Virus record (IMG/VR): IMGVR_UViG_3300043774_000178
Coordinates: 50,091-114,090 of that record
Strand: one strand, 5' to 3'
DNA length: 64,000 nucleotides
Source of the DNA: a virus
Numbering within the stretch: position 1 is the first letter of the stretch; every line of letters starts with the position of its first letter. Made by a program: the position numbers and the translations under genes. Shown here in pieces: positions 48,147-56,556 of the stretch. The notes under the pieces are model-generated. The model was given only the letters and a program-made list of their open reading frames with translations. It had not been told where the DNA came from and did no database searches.

Positions 48147-49423
48147 TGGGTACTATAGTCTCATCTAGCGGAGCAAGTAGTTTTAGTATACTTAATGGTC
48201 TACCAATGCTTACAGATGCATTTGGTAGATTAAGAGTATCTAGTCCTTTAACACTATTTGATTCCTCTCATAGATATAAGGATAATGGTCTATGGAATAG
48301 TTCTACGGCTAGTGGTGGTACTGTAGTATTTAGTCCTAATGAAGGTTTAGTAAATTTAAATGTAAATACTACTAGTGGTTCTCAAGTACTTAGAGAGACA
48401 ACCAAAGTATTCTCATATCAACCAGGTAAGTCATTACTAGTAATGAACACATTTGTAATGGCTACTCCTCAAGATAATCTAAGACAAAGAGTAGGTTATT
48501 TTGGAACAGATAATGGTATATATTGCCAATTAGAAAATTTACCTAGACCTATAGTAAGTTTTGTAGAAAGAAGTCTAGTTACAGGAGCAGTTACAGAAAC
48601 AAGAATTAGTCAAAATGGTGGAACATATGGAGTAACTGATACTGGATGGAATGTGGATCGTTTAGATGGAGCAGGACCTTCAGGAGTTACTTTAGATATA
48701 ACCAAAGCTCAAATCATGTTTATGGATATTGAGTGGTTAGGTGAAGGGACTGTAAGAGTAGGATTTATTATTGATGGTAACTTTATAGTTTGTCATAAAT
48801 TCAATCATGCTAATCTAATTACATCCACTTATATTACTACAGCATCTCTTCCTTTAAGATATGAGATAACTAATTTAGATACTACAGCATCTCCTAGTAC
48901 ACTAAAACAAGTTTGTTCTAGTGTTATATCTGAAGGAGGTTATGAACTTAGAGGAGCTCAGTTAGCAATAGGTACACCTATTACATCACCTACAAGTTTA
49001 GCAGTTGCGGGTACATACTATCCTATTGTAAGCATAAAGCTTAGATCAGGATATTTAGACGCTGTAGTTATACTAACTGCATTATCTATTATGGGAGTGT
49101 CTACAGGTATATATAATTGGCAAATAATAGCTAGTGGTACCACAACCGGAGGAGCATGGGTTCCAGCTGCAGTAGATTCAGCTGTAGAATATAATATAAC
49201 AGGAACAAGCTTTGCAGGTGGTAGAATACTAGCATCTGGTTTTATTACATCTAGTACACAAGCATCGGTAAACTTAGATATACTTAAAGAAGCTTTATTT
49301 GCTTTTCAGCTTGAAAGAAATACTTTTACTAGTACTCCTTATGAGATTACATTGGTAGTAAGTGCTAGTACTAATACAGAACTTATTTATGCCTCAATGG
49401 ACTGGGAAGAAGTCAGTAGATAA
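48146..49423 (+). CDS. Putative structural protein (DAFGRLRVS family)
   Basis: DAFGRLRVSSP, YQPGKS, DIEWLG.G.VR.GF, SVISEGG. Confidence 0.7.
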   Translation: MGTIVSSSGASSFSILNGLPMLTDAFGRLRVSSPLTLFDSSHRYKDNGLWNSSTASGGTVVFSPNEGLVNLNVNTTSGSQVLRETTKVFSYQPGKSLLVMNTFVMATPQDNLRQRVGYFGTDNGIYCQLENLPRPIVSFVERSLVTGAVTETRISQNGGTYGVTDTGWNVDRLDGAGPSGVTLDITKAQIMFMDIEWLGEGTVRVGFIIDGNFIVCHKFNHANLITSTYITTASLPLRYEITNLDTTASPSTLKQVCSSVISEGGYELRGAQLAIGTPITSPTSLAVAGTYYPIVSIKLRSGYLDAVVILTALSIMGVSTGIYNWQIIASGTTTGGAWVPAAVDSAVEYNITGTSFAGGRILASGFITSSTQASVNLDILKEALFAFQLERNTFTSTPYEITLVVSASTNTELIYASMDWEEVSR

Positions 49424-49433
49424 CTTATAGATA

Positions 49434-50021
49434 ATGAGTACAAGAATAGATTTAAAAACACAGTGTGAGTCTTCATTAGGTTCTGAGTTAACAAAAACTG
49501 GACAAACAGTTTCATACCGCACAGGAGATGATGGAGATATAGAAGCTGGTAGAGATGTGAGTTTCTTAGTACTTCCTTCTAATAATCCATTTGGAAACAC
49601 TAATAGATTTACTGATGAGTTAGGTGGTCAAAGTTATGCAAATAACATAGTTATTGATTGGTCTACATATGACGGAACTGAAGTACTAGGTTATTACAGA
49701 ACTATATCACCAGTAGATGTTACTTGGAATGTAGCTATTGATTCAGCATTAGCTTTATCAGTTGGTTCTTATACCTCTGGTTGGAGACTTCCAAATAAAA
49801 GAGAAATGGAGAACATATTTAACTATGGTTTATCTCAATGTATGAACTATGCTCCATTTAATATAATAAACACTATATGGATTTCAACTACATATACTGC
49901 ATCCACAACACTAGCATATACAGCAACAGTTAGTTGGATTAATTTAAGTGCTAAGTCTGGTACTGGTGGTAGATATATTGGAGTTAGAAATTTTACAGTA
50001 ACAGGAACAATATTAACGTAA
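49434..50021 (+). CDS. DUF1566 (Lcl C-terminal, CLec-like) domain protein
   Basis: KTGQTVSY..GDDG, TWNVA, GWRLPNKREM, WIST. Confidence 0.75.
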   Translation: MSTRIDLKTQCESSLGSELTKTGQTVSYRTGDDGDIEAGRDVSFLVLPSNNPFGNTNRFTDELGGQSYANNIVIDWSTYDGTEVLGYYRTISPVDVTWNVAIDSALALSVGSYTSGWRLPNKREMENIFNYGLSQCMNYAPFNIINTIWISTTYTASTTLAYTATVSWINLSAKSGTGGRYIGVRNFTVTGTILT

Positions 50022-50023
50022 TT

Positions 50024-50260
50024 ATGGCAACTTATAAATTTCCAGAGTTTAATGTAGAGATAGTAAACCCTACAGTAACTATAAATATGAATACCATAGG
50101 AGATATGGCTATTGATCAACTGTTATCTGTAGATATAGTACTTTCTGTACCAGGAGCAACATTTGGTGTAAGAATGGAAAATATGCCATACGTTGATACA
50201 TGGGAAGATTCTGATGTACCTGGTATGGTAGATATTGCATTACAAGCATATGAAGTATAA
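50024..50260 (+). CDS. Hypothetical protein
   Basis: 78-aa ORF coupled to the DUF1566 gene. Confidence 0.6.
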   Translation: MATYKFPEFNVEIVNPTVTINMNTIGDMAIDQLLSVDIVLSVPGATFGVRMENMPYVDTWEDSDVPGMVDIALQAYEV

Positions 50261-50559
50261 TGGCAGAAGTAACACTACAAGGTACACTAGTAGTAGGACC
50301 AAATGAACTATTTAAATGTGCATCTGGTAAAACTGCTAAAGTAAAGTATATTAAACTTTACAATTCTATTGCTTACAATGTAACATTATCAAAGTTTGAC
50401 TTTGATATATCCAGTACCATAAATCTTTATTCATTAACTCTTGATCCAGGAGATTCTGTGTCAGATGATACTCAGTATTTACTTCAAGGAAAGGATAGTA
50501 TATCAGTAACTAATTCAGCAGTAAATACTACATACTTAATTTTACTTGATGTAGTATAA
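50260..50559 (+). CDS. Hypothetical structural protein
   Basis: 99-aa beta-rich ORF. Confidence 0.6.
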   Translation: MAEVTLQGTLVVGPNELFKCASGKTAKVKYIKLYNSIAYNVTLSKFDFDISSTINLYSLTLDPGDSVSDDTQYLLQGKDSISVTNSAVNTTYLILLDVV

Positions 50560-51548
50560 TGGAATTAATTGATTCATCAGGTAATGTTTTTGGTACTAGT
50601 AAAGTTACAGTTACTAAGTCAGATGGTAAACCAAAAACACTGGGTGGAGGAGGTGGTTCTCCTACTGGACCTGCAGGTGGAGATTTATTAGGAACATATC
50701 CTAATCCTACTGTAGATTGGAGTAATGGTACAGGTACATATAGTTCTTTATACTACCCATTATCAAGTAACCCATCAGGATATCTTACATCTGCAGCATT
50801 ATCTGGATACTTAACGTCTGCTACAGCTGCAGCAACATATTATCCTTTAACTAATCCTTCTGGGTATATTTCAGGAATAACTAGTGGTGATGTAACTGCA
50901 GCACTTGGATATACCCCATATGATTCAGCTAATCCTTCTGGATATATTACATCATCTGCTTTAAGTCCATATCTCACTTCAGCAACTGCTGCAAGTACAT
51001 ATACCCCACAGAGTAGAACATTAACTATTAATGGTACTACACAAGACTTATCAGCAGATAGAACATTTACAATATCTGCATCAGATCCTTCAGGATACAC
51101 GACTATAGTTAAACCTGCAAATCAAGATGTAACTAATGCAGGGTTAACTGTTGACACACATTTTCAATTTGCTGTAACAGCTGGAGGACATTATCTTATA
51201 GATATGGATATTGCCTTAGCTGCTAATAATACCACAGGAGATTATATATTTGACTTTGAGGTAAGTGCTGGTACAATGACTGGTAAAGGTACTTGTCAAA
51301 CTCTAACTGCTACAGGAGGTATAAGTAATATCATAGTAACAGCAGCAGCTGCTACAAGTACTACAGATATATCTACAGGATCTGCTACAGCATCATTAGA
51401 TGATGTATTTACAGCAAGAGTCTTATTTGCATTTTCTGTATCTGCTAATGCTACATTTAGATATAAGTTTGGAAACGCTACTCCTGCAGCTGGTAGAACC
51501 TCCAGAACTTGGAAAGGTTCTATCTTGAGATATAAGAGCTTGGATTAA
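50559..51548 (+). CDS. Tail fibre-like protein with NPSGY repeats
   Basis: GPAGGDLLGTYPNPTV; repeated YP..NPSGY[LI]; RTLTINGTTQDLSADRT. Confidence 0.7.
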   Translation: MELIDSSGNVFGTSKVTVTKSDGKPKTLGGGGGSPTGPAGGDLLGTYPNPTVDWSNGTGTYSSLYYPLSSNPSGYLTSAALSGYLTSATAAATYYPLTNPSGYISGITSGDVTAALGYTPYDSANPSGYITSSALSPYLTSATAASTYTPQSRTLTINGTTQDLSADRTFTISASDPSGYTTIVKPANQDVTNAGLTVDTHFQFAVTAGGHYLIDMDIALAANNTTGDYIFDFEVSAGTMTGKGTCQTLTATGGISNIIVTAAAATSTTDISTGSATASLDDVFTARVLFAFSVSANATFRYKFGNATPAAGRTSRTWKGSILRYKSLD

Positions 51549-51597
51549 ATAATTAAGTATTTTCCTGTATATTGCAGAATATTTTGTATATTATAAT

Positions 51598-52020
51598 ATG
51601 AGATTTTTGTTTATACTCTTATTAATGCTTATTTCTTGTACTCCGCAACGGAGATTAGAAAGATTGCTTAAGAAGCATCCTGAGTTAACTAATGTTGATA
51701 CAGTAGTAATAAGAGATACTATTAGAATCACAATTCCTAAAGTTAGAATAGATACAGTAGTTAACATAGAAGAATTATGGGATACTGTATATCTTGAGAA
51801 AGATCAACTCACTGTAAAAGTTTGGAGAGACAGATACAACAAAGTATATATTCAAGGACAGTGTGACACTGTGTTTATTGAAAAAATTATAGATAGAAGA
51901 GTCCCTGTAAAAATATATGAGAAGACTCCTATTTGGAAAAAAGTTCTTTATTGGACACTTGCTATCGTTATAGCATTCTTAGCTTTTTATATTATAGTTA
52001 ACGCAATCTTTAAAAAATGA
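51598..52020 (+). CDS. Lipoprotein with C-terminal TM helix (unimolecular spanin candidate)
   Basis: Lipobox LISC at the N-terminus, TM helix at the C-terminus, upstream of lysis genes. Confidence 0.6.
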   Translation: MRFLFILLLMLISCTPQRRLERLLKKHPELTNVDTVVIRDTIRITIPKVRIDTVVNIEELWDTVYLEKDQLTVKVWRDRYNKVYIQGQCDTVFIEKIIDRRVPVKIYEKTPIWKKVLYWTLAIVIAFLAFYIIVNAIFKK

Positions 52021-52277
52021 GCACATCAGATATAACAATGTTTGTGATAGGAACAGCTACACTAATTATTGGCTACTTCCTTAGATTAGTTCACAATGAC
52101 GTTAGAAAAAACACAGAAGAACAAGGAAAACTCAAAGGTAAGATAGAACTTGTAGAACAAGAATCAAGACTTAAATACCAAGCAATTCAAGAACAGACTC
52201 AGTTAGAAATTAAGAGTCTTGCAAGAAATGTCAGTGAGCTTTCAGATGCAGTAAAGCAACTGATACTAAATAGATAA
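52017..52277 (+). CDS. Holin-like/lysis membrane protein
   Basis: N-terminal TM helix plus coiled coil, directly before endolysin. Confidence 0.5.
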   Translation: MSTSDITMFVIGTATLIIGYFLRLVHNDVRKNTEEQGKLKGKIELVEQESRLKYQAIQEQTQLEIKSLARNVSELSDAVKQLILNR

Positions 52278-52293
52278 ACAAATAAAAACCAAC

Positions 52294-53175
52294 ATGACAG
52301 TAGTATTAAAAAAGGGGAGCAAAGGAGAGTCTGTAAAGACTCTACAAGAGTTTCTAAAGATTCCTGTAGATGGTATCTTTGGATCAAAGACTGAATCAGC
52401 TGTAAAAAGCTATCAGAAAAAAGCAGGACTTGTACCTGATGGTATTGTAGGTCAAAAGACCTGGGCTGTAATGGGAATACTCAATACAGATAATGCAGAG
52501 AATCAAGAAGTAGAAGAAGCTCTTGAAATTAAAAAGCATTATATGCCAGAAGGAACTTACTTCAAAGGACCTGTAAAAAAGCAATGGATATTCTTACACC
52601 ACACAGCAGGATGGCATAACCCATACCAAGTAGCTGATATGTGGGCTAGAGATACTAGAGGTAATGTAGGTACTGAATTTGTTTTAGGAGGACAATCTGT
52701 AAAAGATGGTAATGCTAAATATGATGGTGAACTTATACAAGTATTTCCAGAGTTTGCATACGGATGGCATACAGGTACAGGTAACTCAGTAATGCACAGG
52801 AATTCAGTAGCTATTGAAGTATGTAACTTTGGTGGTATTAAAGATGGTAAGACTTATGTAGGAGTTAAAGCAGACCCCTCACAGATAGTTAAACTAGCTA
52901 AGCCATTTAGAGGATACCAATACTGGCATAGATATTCTGATGAGCAAATTAGAGTACTGAAGCAATGGATCCTCTATTGTGCTAATAGATATAATATTGA
53001 TCCTACAGTAGGATTAGTAGAGTGGGTAAAAGAGAAAGGAGCAGATGGATTTGATGTATTAGATCTAGCTAAGGCACAAAAGACTCCTGGACTATACACA
53101 CATACTAATGTTATTAGAGGTAAAGTAGATATGTTCCCGCAGCAGGAGCTGATTGATATGCTGCTCAGTTTATAA
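52294..53175 (+). CDS. Endolysin: PG-binding domain plus N-acetylmuramoyl-L-alanine amidase
   Basis: LKKGSKGESVKTLQ..DGIFG..T..DGIVG; IFLHHTAG, SVAIE, YTH..K.D. Confidence 0.88.
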   Translation: MTVVLKKGSKGESVKTLQEFLKIPVDGIFGSKTESAVKSYQKKAGLVPDGIVGQKTWAVMGILNTDNAENQEVEEALEIKKHYMPEGTYFKGPVKKQWIFLHHTAGWHNPYQVADMWARDTRGNVGTEFVLGGQSVKDGNAKYDGELIQVFPEFAYGWHTGTGNSVMHRNSVAIEVCNFGGIKDGKTYVGVKADPSQIVKLAKPFRGYQYWHRYSDEQIRVLKQWILYCANRYNIDPTVGLVEWVKEKGADGFDVLDLAKAQKTPGLYTHTNVIRGKVDMFPQQELIDMLLSL

Positions 53176-53190
53176 CTTAAATTAATAATT

Positions 53191-53352
53191 ATGAAAAAAG
53201 AACAAATCTTAGGGATTGCAAGACACGTCCTTACTTTTGTAGGAGGTTTCTTGGTAGTGAAAGGTGCTATTGATGAGTCCGTACTTAATGAACTTATTGG
53301 AGGTGTTATTGCACTTGCAGGTACTATTTGGTCAATTGTAGATAAGAAGTAA
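53191..53352 (+). CDS. Holin (two TM helices)
   Basis: MKKEQILGIARHVLTFVGGFLVVKG...IGGVIALAGTIWSIVDKK. Confidence 0.7.
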   Translation: MKKEQILGIARHVLTFVGGFLVVKGAIDESVLNELIGGVIALAGTIWSIVDKK

Positions 53353-53353
53353 G

Positions 53354-53512
53354 ATGAAGTTTAGAAATGGATGGAAAGCAAGGAATAAGCAATGGGATAA
53401 GTTTGCTTTTAGATTCAGATTGGGTTTCCTTGATATAGTTACTGTAGAGGTAGATGTTTCCAGAGATTTCTATTTACTTACTATCTTCAATCTAACGATT
53501 AAGAACAGATAA
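53354..53512 (+). CDS. Small hypothetical protein (52 aa)
   Basis: MKFRNGWKARNKQWDKF... Confidence 0.5.
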   Translation: MKFRNGWKARNKQWDKFAFRFRLGFLDIVTVEVDVSRDFYLLTIFNLTIKNR

Positions 53513-53623
53513 TAGTAACTAATTGATAATGAGATCCAGGTGTTGATTCACCTGGATTTTTTGTTTAAACATATTTCATTTAAACTTATTTCATATATTT
53601 GTGTAAATAAACACATAGAAGTT

Positions 53624-53914
53624 ATGGAAGAACCAACACAAGAACAACAGTTAACAGCAGAGGAGTTAGCTGAAAGAAAGGAACAGATGTATCAGTTTTA
53701 CACTGAGTCCATGAGGTATTTAAAAGCTCAGTTTGAATATGAAGAGATGCTTTTAAAAATTGATGCTGCAAGATTTGAAAGAATTAAACTTCAGATGCAA
53801 CATGCTATGATGACTAATCCACCAGAAGATATGGATGAGTCTCAAGAAGAAGCTAAAGAACTTTTCAAAGAAGAAATTAAAACTGAACAGAAAAAGAAAC
53901 TTAGGAAGATGTAA
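53624..53914 (+). CDS. Hypothetical coiled-coil protein
   Basis: Start MEEPTQ after TATATTTG promoter-like element. Confidence 0.65.
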   Translation: MEEPTQEQQLTAEELAERKEQMYQFYTESMRYLKAQFEYEEMLLKIDAARFERIKLQMQHAMMTNPPEDMDESQEEAKELFKEEIKTEQKKKLRKM

Positions 53915-53916
53915 TT

Positions 53917-54306
53917 ATGGCACTAGTAAATCAAGTGCAGAAACGCGTCAAAATGCCAAAGTGGAATATTGTTAAGTATCAGATCCTTACTCACTGTTAT
54001 ATAAACAACATAACAGTGAGTAACTCTGATCTTGATTGCTTGACACTTTTAAGTTTTAATCAACCAATTGAGCTTACTCATTTTTGTTATGATGCGTCTG
54101 CAGAAGAAGAGTGGATATTCAAGACTCCACAAACAGTAAGAAATTGTATTAACAAAGCAGAGAAGAATAACTTAGTAGTTAAGGACTCTGGCAACAAAAA
54201 GATAATAATGCTTAATCCTGAACTTAAGGTTCAAACTGAAGGTACTATATTACTAGATTTTAAATTTTTAGCAAATGATACCCAAGAAACCGAAAGTGAT
54301 AATTAA
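53917..54306 (+). CDS. Winged-HTH-like hypothetical protein
   Basis: TPQTVRNCINKAEKNNLVVK; precedes the IHF-like gene as in crAss-like capsid modules. Confidence 0.55.
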   Translation: MALVNQVQKRVKMPKWNIVKYQILTHCYINNITVSNSDLDCLTLLSFNQPIELTHFCYDASAEEEWIFKTPQTVRNCINKAEKNNLVVKDSGNKKIIMLNPELKVQTEGTILLDFKFLANDTQETESDN

Positions 54307-54697
54307 GCAGTTATCAGAAGAGATTGATGTTTCAGAAGATACTATAGATGATATTGTAGAGGCATACTATAAAGAAGTAAGAAGAACACTTTCAGGTATG
54401 GAACATATTAAAGTTAAGCTAATAGGAATAGGTGACTTTATGATGAGAAAAACTATAGTATCTTCATCAATCAAAAAGTATAAAGAAAGATTTGTAAGAA
54501 GTAAGACAGATACATTTCAAAACTATCATGATAAGAAAGGTATAGAGGAGAAAATTAAAAAGCTTCTAAAGGCTGAGGAGCTTATAGAAGAATTTATAAA
54601 AACAAGAAATAAGTTTAGAGATGAAAGGAAGGTTCGCAGAAATATGGAAGAACAAAGCTCAAATAATGGAGGGGATCAAGAACAGGTTGATTCATAA
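54275..54697 (+). CDS. HU/IHF-like DNA-binding protein
   Basis: IIKQLSEEIDVSEDTIDDIVEAYYKEVRRTL...VKLIGIGDF. Confidence 0.7.
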   Translation: MIPKKPKVIIKQLSEEIDVSEDTIDDIVEAYYKEVRRTLSGMEHIKVKLIGIGDFMMRKTIVSSSIKKYKERFVRSKTDTFQNYHDKKGIEEKIKKLLKAEELIEEFIKTRNKFRDERKVRRNMEEQSSNNGGDQEQVDS

Positions 54698-54929
54698 TGA
54701 ATTTGTGGAAGATGTATCTAGAGCTAGAATGGAAGTATGTAATGCTTGTGATGCAAAAGATGTAAAAGGTAAAGAGTGTGCTATACCTGGTACACAACCA
54801 TGTTGTATGATGTGCGGATGTTCTTTAAGTTTTAAAACAAGATCCTTATCATCAGCATGTCCTGCAAATAAATGGTACGCTGTTCTTACTGAGGAAGAAG
54901 AAGATGAACTAGATAAAAAGATGAAATGA
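54621..54929 (+). CDS. Cys-rich Zn-binding protein
   Basis: RMEVCNAC...CCMMCGCSL..KTR...CPANKW. Confidence 0.7.
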   Translation: MKGRFAEIWKNKAQIMEGIKNRLIHNEFVEDVSRARMEVCNACDAKDVKGKECAIPGTQPCCMMCGCSLSFKTRSLSSACPANKWYAVLTEEEEDELDKKMK

Positions 54930-55759
54930 GTATAATATTTAATGCAGAAGATCATAGTTATAAAAGCTTAGACTCTTCTGAAGAAATTAAATGGATAAGT
55001 GTTACATCACTTGTTTCCCAATTTAAAGAACCTTTTGATTCTGAAAAGGTAGCTGCTAGAGTATCCAAGTCTAAGAAGTCTAAGTGGTATGGTATAGAGC
55101 CTAAGAAGATATTAGAACTATGGAAAGCAGAATCAGATAGAGCTATTACACTAGGTACCTTTTATCATAATCAAAGAGAAGATGACTTATGCTCTCTAAG
55201 TTCTATTGAAAGAGAAGGTTTACCTATTCCGGTATACAAACCTATAGTAGAAGGTAATAAGAAAAAAGCACCAGAACAAAAACTTACTGATGGTATATAT
55301 CCAGAGCATATGGTATATCTTAAGTCAGCAGGTATATGTGGACAATCAGATCTTGTAGAAGTAGTAAATAACAAAGTATATATCATTGACTATAAGACTA
55401 ACAAGGAAATAGTAAGAGAATCATTTAAAGATTGGGAAGGTAAAAGCAAAAAGTTACTTACACCTCTAGATAACCTAGATGACTGTAACTTTTACCACTA
55501 TGCTTTACAACTCAGCATTTATATGTATATTATAATAAAACATAATCCTAGATTGAAACCAGGGAGTATATTTATCCATCACATCAAATTTGAAGAAGAA
55601 GGAAAAGATGAGTATGGATATCCTATCACAAAGTATTCTCTTGAAGGTGACCCAATTGTAAAAGAAGTTATACCAATTGAGGTACCTTATTTAAAAGAGG
55701 AAGTCATATCAGTAATACACTGGCTACATGATAATAGAAGTTCAATTAAACGTAAATAG
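54926..55759 (+). CDS. PD-(D/E)XK (Cas4-like) nuclease
   Basis: SVTSL, GTFYH, E..., GQSDL, IIDYKT, YALQLSIY. Confidence 0.85.
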   Translation: MSIIFNAEDHSYKSLDSSEEIKWISVTSLVSQFKEPFDSEKVAARVSKSKKSKWYGIEPKKILELWKAESDRAITLGTFYHNQREDDLCSLSSIEREGLPIPVYKPIVEGNKKKAPEQKLTDGIYPEHMVYLKSAGICGQSDLVEVVNNKVYIIDYKTNKEIVRESFKDWEGKSKKLLTPLDNLDDCNFYHYALQLSIYMYIIIKHNPRLKPGSIFIHHIKFEEEGKDEYGYPITKYSLEGDPIVKEVIPIEVPYLKEEVISVIHWLHDNRSSIKRK

Positions 55760-55761
55760 TT

Positions 55762-56031
55762 ATGAGGTTTTATAAAATAAATAACTGTGGATATGGTAAT
55801 CCAGATCTATGGTACTTTGATGAATTAAAAGCTATTAAATTATTTAAATACAAAGGAAATTTACTTTGTTACTTTAAAAATAACTCAACAGACTATGTTG
55901 GATTTGTAGTATGTAAAGATTCACACATTATACGCAAGGCTTATGTTGCAAAAAATTTTTGGGATGGTTTAAAAAATATATTTGGTCTTCCTGAAAAAGC
56001 TGCAATAGAGAACTTACCTTGGGAGAAATAA
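55762..56031 (+). CDS. Hypothetical protein
   Basis: 89-aa ORF. Confidence 0.55.
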   Translation: MRFYKINNCGYGNPDLWYFDELKAIKLFKYKGNLLCYFKNNSTDYVGFVVCKDSHIIRKAYVAKNFWDGLKNIFGLPEKAAIENLPWEK

Positions 56032-56040
56032 ATTAAAAAA

Positions 56041-56556
56041 ATGATAGTAAGACTGTTTGATGTTCAGAATGGAGCTGTAGTACCTACAGAACATTGTTAT
56101 ACTTTAAAAACACTTAAGAAGATAATGGATAAGTATCCAGAAGACTATCTTAAAGTATATCAGTATCTATTCTACATGACTTGTCCTAATCCAGATATGA
56201 ATCCATTCTTTCATACTCCTGAGATTGACAAAGAAGAAATTATATTAGAAGAGATAGAAGCAGAATTCTCCTCCGAGGATCAAGCAATAAAACTAGCACT
56301 ACAGTTTTGTGAAGATATGTACGCAACTCCAACTGCAAGAGCATATAAAGGTATGGCATCTATGTTAGATAGATTAGCTAGATATATGGAGCATACACAG
56401 ATTACTGCGGGTAGAGATGGGAATATCAACTCACTAATTGCAGCTGCAAAAAACTTTGATCAAATAAGAGCATCTTTTAAAGGTGTATATAAAGACCTTC
56501 AAGAAGAGCAATCATCTAGAGTACGTGGAGGTCAGGGCTTAGCTTATGACATGTAA
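56041..56556 (+). CDS. Conserved crAss-like protein preceding TerL (possible small terminase)
   Basis: Ends in VRGGQGLAYDM; overlaps the TerL start. Confidence 0.55.
   Translation: MIVRLFDVQNGAVVPTEHCYTLKTLKKIMDKYPEDYLKVYQYLFYMTCPNPDMNPFFHTPEIDKEEIILEEIEAEFSSEDQAIKLALQFCEDMYATPTARAYKGMASMLDRLARYMEHTQITAGRDGNINSLIAAAKNFDQIRASFKGVYKDLQEEQSSRVRGGQGLAYDM

Larger units (their letters stand above)
41726..51595 (+). promoter_or_regulatory. Recurrent (G/C)TATATTATA element (putative late promoter)
   Basis: Copies at 41726, 42620, 44046, 51586 shortly upstream of gene starts; variants at ~586 and ~61576. Confidence 0.5.

Noticed and set aside
54926-55759. Cas4 as part of a CRISPR system
   Set aside because: Stand-alone PD-(D/E)XK nuclease in the capsid module with no cas1/cas2 or array
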